64,000 nucleotides of DNA from Tubiluchus corallicola (taxonomy: Eukaryota; Animalia; Priapulida): contig JAQGDQ010000047.1 of the NCBI GenBank assembly GCA_030141605.1, forward strand, positions 558,001-622,000. Direction: 5' to 3'. Within the stretch, counting starts at the first letter, position 1. Each line of letters starts with the position of its first letter. Of the stretch, positions 1 through 12,200 are shown piece after piece. The notes beneath the pieces are model-generated. The model did not search any database, was not told where the DNA came from, and worked only from the letters and a program-made list of their open reading frames with translations. The translations under genes were made by a program, and so were the position numbers.

Positions 1-232
1 AACACACTTAACACTTAAGAAGAGAATAGCTTTTGAAATGAGATCACGCTTGTCATCTGCTTATATCACTTGCTCCTTGCAGACTGCTGCTCATAAGAGT
101 ACCTTCTTGCTTAAAGAAATACAGTTTGTTAGCTGCAGTTTATTATTTGTTTTGCTCATTTGCATACGCACTTTTGCTATTGATAAAGTACCTGAACTAC
201 ATATGCTATACTTGTATACATTGATTTTGCAG

Positions 233-3200
233 AAATTCGGCAAGAGGCCGTTCAGCAAGCATTGGCTATGCATAAACAGCAGAAGCACAACCTCCCAATG
301 CCTTCCAAACGTTCCTCTGTAATGGCTACCAGTCCTGTGCCTCATCATGCTGATGTATCAGGTAATCCGCACTGACAACTAAAAATAATTGGAAATTGTA
401 ACAAAAAATTACTGTATTTAAGTTATTTATATAAATATTAAAGTAACATCTGTGATTGTATATTGTATATCTCACTATTGTATATTTCAGAATAATAATA
501 TGAAGCTAGTGAAGACTCTTAATGGAGTTTAGTGTTGAAATGTTCTGAATTCTTGATAAAAATATACTCTTAGGAAGTAATAGATGTGTAATTTTATAAG
601 GAAATGGATACTAAAGGGCTATAAGTTAAAGCTTAAATTATTGCTCTGTATACTGGGCATATCCAGCCAATGTGACAACTTTAGATAAATATGTTTTCCA
701 TACTTTGTTTATTATCGAATATCATTTTTCATGCTTATTTTTTAGATTCTTCTAGTGAAGATGACGATAGTATGTATGATGATGGCTCACGTGAACGGGA
801 TCGACAGCAGAGGGAACAGAAAGAAATACAGCAACAGCAACGGCAACTTCATCATATTCAAGTTCAGCAACAACATACACAACAACAGCTTCACCATAAT
901 CAAGTTCAGCAACAACAGCAGCAGCAACAAACATCACAGCCAAATCTTGCACATGACCACCGAAGACCACCAAGGCCAGCAGTCCTTCGTTCTCAGTCCC
1001 AGTTACCGCCTCCACCTAATGAGCCGTCACCAGTTTGCCCAACACGGCCTAGTTTATTACCGGACCCGAGTGTGAGTGAGTCCACTCCCAACGGTGCAAC
1101 AACCCGTGAACGGACTCAGATGGAGCGAGCGATAAATAGTTTAGCTGAATTTTTGCAGGAGGCGACTAGGATTGATCGGAACAGGAACACTCTAGCTGAT
1201 GTGATGATCCAGGACTCAAGGCAGTGTAAGTACTCAGACTCAGGCATATAGCTTATAGTTGTTGGCTGCTTATCTTTTAAACAAGTTTTCAAGTTGCTCT
1301 CACTTTTGCCTTTAGTCTTAACTATGCTCTAAGTTTGCCATTGCCCTCACTTCCTGATTCTCTGTTTACTTATGTACAACTAAATTTCTTTTGGTACCTT
1401 TTGTTAGTATACATAGAGTTCAGAAATATGTTTAACCATGCCTAGACGTGGAGTTCTATAGGGCACTGTCAAAAAGACATGCCAAAATCTTAGGAGTGAA
1501 AACATGTTTTGTAGATAGGCAACCTTATATGGTGTGTTCTTTTAATTCACTCTGAGGGTTAAAACTTATAAATAAAGTTTATGATTGTGACATCACATAT
1601 TTTGGTTTTGGTTCTTGTAACAGGATGTTTAGTCTTTCCCATGTGATTTACATTTGCCTAAATAACGTAAACATTGCGGCAGGTGACATACGTTTATCAG
1701 ACTTGGGATATCCTGTGACTCACATCATTTGCGGTAGTAAAGATTTTATTTGGGCTACTTTTCGTGAAATTAACGGTGTTTAATATGCTTTGCTTGCTGG
1801 ATGATAGTGTGCTTTTTCTAAATTTAACGATAAAGTATAGAACATACAGAAACGTTCTTAAATAATACTTTGCTTAAGCATATTATGTGATACTTTTGTC
1901 AATTTTCTCATTTTTGTCAAAACTTGTAATGGATATTATACGATATGTAGCAACTATAGCTCAGCCACCGCCAGATATAACTAGCAATACAAACACTCAA
2001 CAGCGGAGGACAGAGAGGGCTCTCCAGAGGAGTGCATCTGGAACTGGGTCTTTGCCAAGTAGTGGTTCCAGTGGTGGTGACTCCAGTCAAAATACTGGTA
2101 AGTAGTAAGTAAATTTAAATAGCATTGTAACTTTTGAAATCTACTTTTAACTTGTTTTCTTCATCTCTGATTTATATTATTTGAACCGTGATTATAACTA
2201 ATGGAATGCTTAGTGGACCACATGGATCACTGTGATCGCATCAGATCAAACCCAAGCTAAGTCTCATTTTTTCATTATATCTTGTCTTTTGTTCAATTTT
2301 TGGTGTTAAAGTTCAATAATTATACAATTATCCCATTGTTGGTCAGAATATTCAGTTTTCGGTGGTTGATAGATTTTGTTTAATTTAGTAGTCAGTCGCA
2401 AATGAATTATGTGTAGCCAGTATATATATGCATTATGAAATATTATATGTGTTAAAACTCTTACAGAAACATAATACAGAAGCATTAATTTGAGTTTCAT
2501 TTGGTCATCACTGTGTTAAATACCTAGGTGCAAGTGACTTTTCACTCAAAATGCAACTTCTCTAAATCACAAAATTCTACTTTGTAGACTGTTAATATGT
2601 AATGGGATTTATCTACCATTATGATTACACCCGTGTTGTTACTTGTACACCTGTGCTGTGTGCATAAAAGGATGACTTCTGGGCTGAAAGCTTTAACTTT
2701 TTGTGCAGTCACGTGTTCCTTTCATGGCATTTTTGCACACCTGTTAAGCGGGTATTCGAGACTGTAATTGTGTGTGGATTATACTTTTGAATGAGCTGAC
2801 TGTCCTTGTGGTGGAAGTGAAAGTTTGAGAGTTGTTGCTTTTAAGCTTTTTTTACCTACCGTTAGATGTTGTGTTAGCTTAGTAGTGTGTTTTGACTTTA
2901 ATTCATTTTTTACACTGTGTTTTCTGAAAAGTCAAAAATTTCAAATGATGTTAATTGGGGTCATCAAATCGATTTCAAGAACTTAATATTGCTGTTTAGT
3001 AAATGTGTTTCAAAATTTGAACTGACAATTTTGTATTAATTAACTCATCCTTTAACTTTTTATAATTACATTTTCATTTTCTGTGAGTTATGATAAAACT
3101 GAAATGGAGCAGTAATTTTTTTTAGATGTGAAACTACAAATTTGATGACCTTTTTGAGTGAATGTGCTGATTTTGTGAATCATTTTATCTTGCTAAATTT

Positions 3201-6200
3201 ATCTTGCCAAATTGGACTTTTGTAGATACCAATTTGAAACTGGCATGTAAAATCCTTTTGAACTGCATAGTCGTAGTCTTATGGTATTAGGAGATTTTTG
3301 GTTTTAGAGTCTCCACAACAGCACATATATGGTCTGACCTAGTTATCACTTGGAAAACTGTATTGTGTATCCAATGAATAGAGTCACATACCATACTTAC
3401 GTTGAATAATTTGTTTTGTTATAAAATAACAATAAAGAACCTGGGAAAGATATTAAAATATGTAGCCGAACAGTTGAACTCTGTGCTATGTATTAGATAT
3501 GTGGATGTGCGTTTAAAATTGTTGATGTTATGATAACAGACCGCCCTGATTCTGATTCGCTGGAGTGATTGGCATTAAGCTAGGAAAATCATATCAGATT
3601 AAATCAGAAAAGCGGTTAGCTATTGACGTGCTGCCGTTAACAATAGTAACTGCACACAAATCCCTCGCATGAGTCGTTACTAAACGATTTAATCTATAAA
3701 TGCATTTGTCAAAAAAGTCTGTTTGTTGAATTCGGTGTGAAGTTTTTACTCTTAAATTATCACATATTACTCTCGGGCCCCGCAAATTTAGTTATGTTCT
3801 TTATGAATAGCAGCAGCTGTGTGAAGGGTAGGCTTTCGTGCTGTACAATAATAGCCTGGTTAGCTGCCATTTCCTATGATTCATCAAAGTTGTTTCTTAT
3901 ATAGACGTAGCACCTATTACTTGCTTGCTTGAGTACTTCGAATGTTCTGCAGTGCGTTTAAATAAATATTGACAGAGTACTTGCCCGTTTAATCTGTAAT
4001 CTAATCACATAACTTCTGATTCATTTTCGTCTGTTGTTGTTTGTAAAATCACGGGTAATGTGTGTCACGGTTTTGAAATTCGGGAAATGGCTGCACCTAT
4101 TTTTCAAAACAATCAGTATTCAAACATCTTCACTATTTACAGCTTTTATTTTAAAGTACAAACAATTTATCAGTAGTTTAGATTTGTTTATCTTTTAATT
4201 GAAGAATTTGTAATGTAACCTCACTATGACACTTTGTAGCTCATTAATGTAAAAATGTAATTTAATGTACTGAATTAATTGTAACCTGAAAAAATATTTG
4301 CATCTTTATTTTGTTTTTACTAATTTTACATATTCATTTAAATGAAATTTAACACTTAATTATAAGTCGTCCAGTAATATCTAGCGTGTATAAGAAAACA
4401 AAAAACTTCAGGCTGCTTGTTTTTCCACACACTTTTCTTTATCGTCAGTCTAGGGAAGGCTGGATTCATCTTGAAGTTTACATTTATTCAGCATGTACTG
4501 TTTTTATTTAAAATGCAATTGTTTGTAACCTTTTTGCTTTTTTCCAAACTGAAATGGTCACAAACATTTGAAAGTACATTTCATTTGTTGTTTCACACCT
4601 ATTATTTTTTGTGTAATAATAAAAAATCCTGAAATACATTTAGTTTTTAAGACTTAGAACAGTAATACCTTTATCTTCAACTGCGAAAAAACAGTATGCA
4701 TTAGTCATTTTGTTATTGTTTGTACTTAGCTATACGTTCAGGGAAAGTTTCCGTAAAAATTCAACAGTTGTTGAACACACTGAAGAGGCCAAAACGAAAA
4801 CCATTGTCAGAATTTTTCCAGGACCAGGAGGATGAATTAGAAGGTGAGTGGTAAACATGGAAAACATGCTTGATGTGATAACTAGGTCAGTGAAAGATGG
4901 ATAACATGCATGTTATACAGTCCCTAAAGTGACTTGTAAAAATTTTAAAGAAGCACAAAAATGCTCGTATGTTGAAATGGTAACAATAGTATCAAAACAG
5001 TATAACTAGAAAAACTTTGTATCATCGTTTTGCACTAATCAATGACATGTTTTAAAATGACACTCTTAACCAATGCAACCAACTGTATTTTAAATTCCAT
5101 TGCTGTGATTAGAAGTTTTTTAATTGCTATTTCTGTATGCCCTGCCACTGCTACTTTCTATTACTGGAGTAAACTTTGTTTTCACTGATGTGCACGTTAT
5201 TAATGTTTGTTAATATATTCAGAGTCCAATATTCAGACTGCAGTATGTTTGCAAGGACTTTTTGCCAACTTTTTATGACCCAAGAACAATCTTTTTACTG
5301 TTCCAGAGTTAAATAAATTGGTAGATCCAAATGCACCGAAGCCAGAGGGAAGTCTAGTCAGTCCTGTTTTAGGTGAACAATTATTGGTGAGTTTAATGAT
5401 TTCAAACATGTTTTGTTTATTAATTAAAATGTAGAAGATGGTAACTTGTGATTATCCCTTTCTTGGTGTCAAAAATTATCTCAGTCAAGTACAGCATTGT
5501 TGTTAATTTTAGCCAGGTATGTTTCTTTATTTGGAGTTGTAAAATTACTTAGTATTTTATAAGATTTGTTTTAAGAAGCTACTTTTCCTTTTTCCTTTTC
5601 TTTAGATTCCTTCAGGGTTGCCAAGGAATTTGGAAGCCGCCGTACAGAGGTATGGTTCTTCATCATATAAAGCACCGGCAATCACGTCTTTAGATCCTAA
5701 TGGCAAGACTTCAGTGACAGTTACTTATGGTAATAAGTTTTTTTAGTTTTGTAGTTTATAAGTGTCTCATTCAAATCCAGGCTTTTCTAATTGTCTTTGT
5801 ATTTTTCTTTTTGCAAACTTATTCTGGAAATTTAATAATTTTGTGCTTACAATACCATTACTGGCATTTGTTAAAAATAGTACACAGCACTGAGATTGCT
5901 GAAATACTAAGGATTTGGTTTCCTCATTTTTCTGCTTGCAGTTGTGACTTTGCATGTTTTTTGTGGATTGAGCATCGAAAAAACAAAAACTAGATTTTTT
6001 TGCCAAAAATGTATTTCTGGAATTCTGTCCAGCTTCTCTGGGGTTGAGATATTACCACTTGTATTGAGCTGACTTGGTGACTTGACTTTGATAGTTTACT
6101 TTCGCATTAGGATTTGAAAACTCACATGTGCAGTGAATAAAGTATTTGAGCTCCTAGTTGGCATGTGCTTTGTAATTTTATATGCTGGCGCCCGGAATGC

Positions 6201-9200
6201 TCAGCTGGTTCATTCTCTGTGTCTGAGCAGTGTACTGGTATAGTGCTTTAACCGAGCCTAATCAACAAAATCATGTTTAAGCTTTTCAATTTATAAACAA
6301 CTTATTGAGGGAAAGAAATATGTATGTGATTAATTTGTTTTAATGAAAATGTTCAACAAAGCAGCCGCATCGCTCCACTATCAGCTTCTCTAAGGCACTC
6401 GTTTTCTTACAAAACCCATTTTAGATTATTATAATTTGAGTCCTAATTTCACACATGTCTGCACATTAAGGAACAAGTTCATTAGCATGTAACTTTGTTT
6501 TGTTTAAGTTTATTTCTATTTCCTTGTTTGTTATTTTGTTTGTTATTTACAGTTGGTAGTAAAATCCTCCCGTGCAACCTTTATTTTGCAGAAATTAAAA
6601 CCGAATCTCATGAAATTTCTTATTAAAATAAAATAGCAAAATATTTGTAGTACATTTAATGTAAAATAAAATTTTGTTCAGAGTATTGTTCGGCTCGAAT
6701 ATCTTGCCATATCGCATGTAATAGAATAGTTTACTGATTGCATAGATCTCACGTTCATTGACTTTGCATAATTGAGCAATTCAGCCATTTGTTTTTATAG
6801 AGCCATCTAGGATTGTTTGGTATATAAACATGCGGCATGTTCCGCGGTTAAAATGTCAGATCAATGAAGTGAAGTATGACATATATTGACGTTGGGATAC
6901 TTGGTATTATTGATAGACTGTACAAATTCATGCTGCATTGTGGTTTATGTAAATAGACTGAACTTTATAGTTTAAAACCAGTAGATGATGGATAATTTTC
7001 TTGTATTTTTATCTTTAGTCTTTAATTCGGTAATATTTTGTTATTAACCAAATTAATATGTTTTTAACTAGGATTAAATTCGATAAATATCAATACTTTG
7101 TTTAAAGTTAAGCAGCTTACACAGCATTAAATATGTAATTCAGGCATTGCAGCAATCTCCCTGTCATCACATAAACACAGAGTGACAGTTAAAATTGAGC
7201 ACTTTCAAAGCTAAATTCATTCTCTCAACAAACAAGCAAAGACTGATGTATTTGTGAGAATGTAACTTAAGTATTACCTGATATCTATAATCCTATTGTG
7301 GCAGCATAATGTTCATAGATCTAATGTAAAACTCCTCCAAGATAGTGATATCAAAGGTAACCCTACTCCATGTACTGTCTGTTACCAAAAGGCAGGAAGG
7401 TATCAGTGCTGGTGCCAGTACTACTGTATTGTATCTACTGTATCTACTATATTGTAGATGGTTGTGTTAGATATGACGGTTTGTGTTTTGACCCATACAT
7501 GTTGCATAAACTATGTTTCCATAGAAAGTGCTCACTTTCAAGTTGTATTAACAAAGATGCTTGAATTTTTCTTGTTATCATTATTATACATGTACTTGCG
7601 ATGTTTTTCTTATTGTTAAATACGGTTTTTCGTAAACCTATTTTTGTTTGGATTGTGATTGCCTTCATAAAACAATAATAACAATAAACACAAAATTTGA
7701 ATGGAGTTGTAAAGTATTCTTTGATGTAGTACATCTTTGTTTTAATTTTATGAAATTATGTTGAAAGTACTAAAGTAGTTAAATGGCTACAAAAGATGAT
7801 TTATTTTTAGATATTGATTATTTTGAAAATAATATCTTAAATTTACCTTGTAATTACTGTTTACGTGAAACTGAGGGTGCTATATGTTTGTGTAATATTT
7901 GTTTCTTTTTTGTTAGGTAAATTGCTCAGTCGAATTCAAAAAGTAGCCTATGCCTTGCTCAACAAAATTGGCCCCAAAAGTGGAAACTATGTGAAGGTTG
8001 GTGATAGGGTAAGTGCTTTTAGGTTCATGTCAATAATTATTCTCTTATTCTCAAGCGAGAGCAGTATTATTACCCAAAATTATGAAGAATTTTTTTACAT
8101 TTTTGCAAACTGTATAAATAAAGTGTTTTCCATGCATTCCATATCGTATTCATCAATAATGTCAAAATTGAAATAATACTAAGCAAAATGTTATAGAAGT
8201 TACTAGATTTTAAGTTTAATTGTGTGTTTCATCCTCAAATTTTCCCGTTGGTTTTGATTTAGGTAGCTCTGGTTTATCCTAATAACAATCCTATAGCATT
8301 TATCTGTGCCTTCTATGGTTGCCTTACTGCTGGGGTAGTACCGGTGCCAATCGAAGTACCGCTTACAAAGCGGGTATGTATAGGTTATATGTTGTAAATT
8401 GTTGTTTCTAGTGTGTGTTTAATTTTGCTTGGCTGAGCTTTTTTTGTGATTGATTTAACATTTTCGTGTGTACTGAATATAAAAACTAGAATGCCCCAAT
8501 TGTTTAACTGTGTATTAATATGTGTTTGTTTAGTAAATGAAATACAGTGAAGTGTACAATATTTGTGATGAAGTATTGCCATGTACATTGAAAATTTTTT
8601 GTTTGCTCGATCCTGTAAGTGTTAGATTGTAAATAGAAGTAGTGCTTTGCAATTTTGTATTGTTGCGAGTAATTTTGCTTGTTGCAGTGTCGTTACAACT
8701 TTTGCATTAGGCAGGCAGTCAGCATGTTTTTGTGTGCGTGTGTGCTTTAATTTGTGGTTTTGTTCACTTCCATGGTACCCTAAGAATGCCACCATGGCTT
8801 TGCAGGATGCAGGCTCGGAACAGATCGGGTTTCTCTTGGGCAACTGTAACATAAATGTGGCTCTTACTTCTGAAGCTTGCCTCAAGGGTCTGCCAAAGGC
8901 TGGCACGGGAGACGTTGTGACCTTTAAAGGTAAGATTGCTCTGTAAGCTATATATTATTATTTAAACTACTACACTTCTATTGGATCAGATTTAAGTTTT
9001 TTCAGAAACACAGTAAAAATATCTCAGAAAGCAAGGTGTATATGTGTATAGGCGTAGAGGTTTTGTGAAGTCAATTCCCACTGTATTATTGCATGTAGTC
9101 ACAATGAAGCGATATATCACTAGCATTATACAGGTGCTGTAATAGAATCAGTGGTACTCTGCTGTGCCGAGCTCAAATGAACAGAGCATACACCGTGTAA

Positions 9201-12200
9201 TTGCAAGTCTCGGTTGGGTCACAGTTTTTCAGCGCCTCTTTCTTCAATTAATTAGTAATTTTGTTAATTGTAAATGTTGTCTTTCTAAGTGTGTGCATAT
9301 ACATCTTCAGTCTATACTGAGTTTGTAAAATGAAGTTAGTATTTTTTTAGAGTATTTTCTCAACTGTATTTTGCATCTGCATTCTAATTCTTCTCCAATA
9401 AAACTCATTTTCTCAGTATTTGCTATGCGCACCGTAATAATTTCTTGAAATAATAAAAATGTTAAAAATTGTTGTTAAGCCAAGTTGTTTTTTTATCATA
9501 CTGTATTCTTGCGATGGTTTTTAGGTTGGCCAAAGCTATACTGGTTTGTTACGGAACATCTTGGAAAGGTACCCAAAGACTTTAATCCACCTCAAAGAAC
9601 ACAGGAGGATGCTCCGGCTTATATAGAGGTAGAACGAATTGCGTTTTTTGTACATTAGGGACCATTGTAGTTTTTTGTACATTAAGGAGCATATAGCTTA
9701 TAGCTTCTTTATATTTTTATTTATTATTTTACACAAAAATAAAAATCGAGCCAGTTTTCCTTCTGTTGTTGTAGAAAACGCTTAACAAAAGAACATGTTT
9801 GCATAGTTGCTTAATTTGTAAGTACTCAGCAAAAATACCAAAATGAGCACACACAGATTTCTGTAGAACTGTATGAGTAATAAATAATTAAGATAAATAA
9901 AAATGATAAATAATTAAAAGTGAGCAGTTGAATAGTTTTATGGCACTTGAAATAAAAGTAGTCGATACGTTTTTTGTTCTTTATTTATATATACTGTAGA
10001 ACAGTGCATAGCTGAAGACAAACTGTGCGAAATTCAGTGCTTTATTCTTATATTGTCTCTTAAACCTTTTTACATCTAAATCAATTTGTTTAGAATGCTT
10101 TTTCATCATGTGTAACACAGTACTGTCATTTCAAATTGCTTGTGAAAACATTGCAGGCATAATAACCTAGTTTTTACATGCATGTTATGTTAATTTCAGT
10201 ACACAACAGACAAAGATGGCAGTGTAAAGGGCACAACTGTCACCAGAACATCCATGATGTGTCACTGCCGAACTTTAACTGCAGCTTGCAATTATACAGA
10301 GGGTGAAGTCATGGTCACTGTGTTAGATTTCAAACGTGACGTTGGCTTGTGGCACAGTGCTTTAACAGTTAGTAGCTTTATATTTTTCCTTGAGTTCTAA
10401 TATTCACATTAGAAAAAAAGAATTCCTTTTCTGTAAAGAAGTTTTTCTGAAAATATTATTGTTTTTACAGAGCATTCTCAATGGTATGCATACTATATTT
10501 ATACCATACGCACTGATGAAGATTAATCCTGCTTCATGGATGCATATGGTAACTAAATTCAAAGCCAGTGTTTCTATTGTCAAGTCCCGAGATATGCACT
10601 GGGGTCTCTTAGCACAAAAGGACCATAAAGACGTGAATCTCAGCTCATTGCGTATGTTACTGGTCGCTGACGGTGCCAATCCTTGTAAGTATAAAGTGAT
10701 AAACTAATGAATCATAGTTATCAGATTTATTTTTGATAAAAATGCTGAAAGAAAGAAGATGTGAAAAATTATAAACTTGTTTTTAAAATGGGAATTTCAG
10801 CTATTAATTATGTCTCATTTCCTCTTTGACTAATATAATAGGCGCCGCTTAATAGACTCGCTTTGGCACTGAAGATTTTGACCCAATTAACCGGAACCTA
10901 TTAACTGATGGGTGTAGTATTACTGGTATAGAAGTATGAGTCATCAGCTTATTATACACTGCAAAGGTTTTTAATGAATTTTAGAAACGAAGTAATGCCT
11001 AAATTCCTTTGTGCAGTTAAAAATTAGAAAAAATATTTTAAAATATTAATTTATATAAGTGAATTAGCAGTAAATTCAAAAGTATACTTTTCTAAATCAC
11101 ACAAGTCTGTTTATCTGCAAAAAATACAAAAATTCCTTCAAAGTCGGCTGCTCCATTTTATCGCGAAGAAGTTGGCTCAGAAAGTTCCTCTAATGACAAA
11201 AATGTTGAAAATCTGTTGTATGATGCGCATATTCTCATAAAATACTTAATGCTTGGCATGCTTAAACTGCTATTTGTACCTGTGTTTACCCGCAAGTAGC
11301 TTAGTCTGTAGGTTCATCTAAGCTCCCGCTTGCTATCCTGACGTACTGTACTGTACCTGTACCTGTGTCCCTTGAAACTATCTGTTTAAACTTTCTGGCA
11401 AAGACACTTTCGGGCACTTCAATAGCAAACCGCTAAGCGAGTGCTTAAATATTGAGCTTCCAGGAATTCTTGGGTAACAAGGTTAATTGCAGTGGATGGT
11501 TGGGTCAAAGCAAACCATTAGGCTAGCATATTAACGTATGATAAACGTTCCTGCTTACAAACAAAACGGTACTTAACATGATTGTTTCTATGTATATTAT
11601 AGGACAAAAGCGAACTAAGATGATATAAAAGTCGTAAAAGTTTATTAGTTGCACAAAAACGTTTTATTAAAGTATGTGAAGCAAAAATATTGAGTCAGTT
11701 ATGTGGAGTTATTCGAGTCAATTACCAATAGTTTTTATGTACACTTGAATAGAAGCGGGCTATACCAGGCGTTTTTGAGTCTATTAAGCGATTGAGTCTA
11801 TTAACCATGAGTTTATTGAGCGGCACCTACTGTAATTTGGAAGCTAAGGTAATGTGTAACAAACCATTAACTAAAATCACAGTGCTTGACTTAATGCTTT
11901 GATCTTTTAAATTTAACTTTCCATTCAGTGGCATACATATTCTTTTTTTCTCATTTTTAGTTAGTTCTTGAATATCCTAATATGTGCCAAGTTATGAACA
12001 GGCTGACGTTCTTTTCTTTTACAATGCTAGGAAAGTTTATTGTGTGAAAGACTGAAAAATTAACCATAATGATCTCTGTTACTAGGGTCATTATCTTCGT
12101 GTGATTCTTTCTTAACTGTCTTCCAACACCGTGGTTTGCGGGCTGAGGTTATCTGTCCATGTGCTAGTAGTCCAGAAGCTTTAACAGTAGCCATTCGTCG

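Noticed and set aside
6801-6903. Possible extra DIP2 exon or alternative start
   Set aside because: The phase-1 frame hits a stop and the donor (GTATTA) is weak
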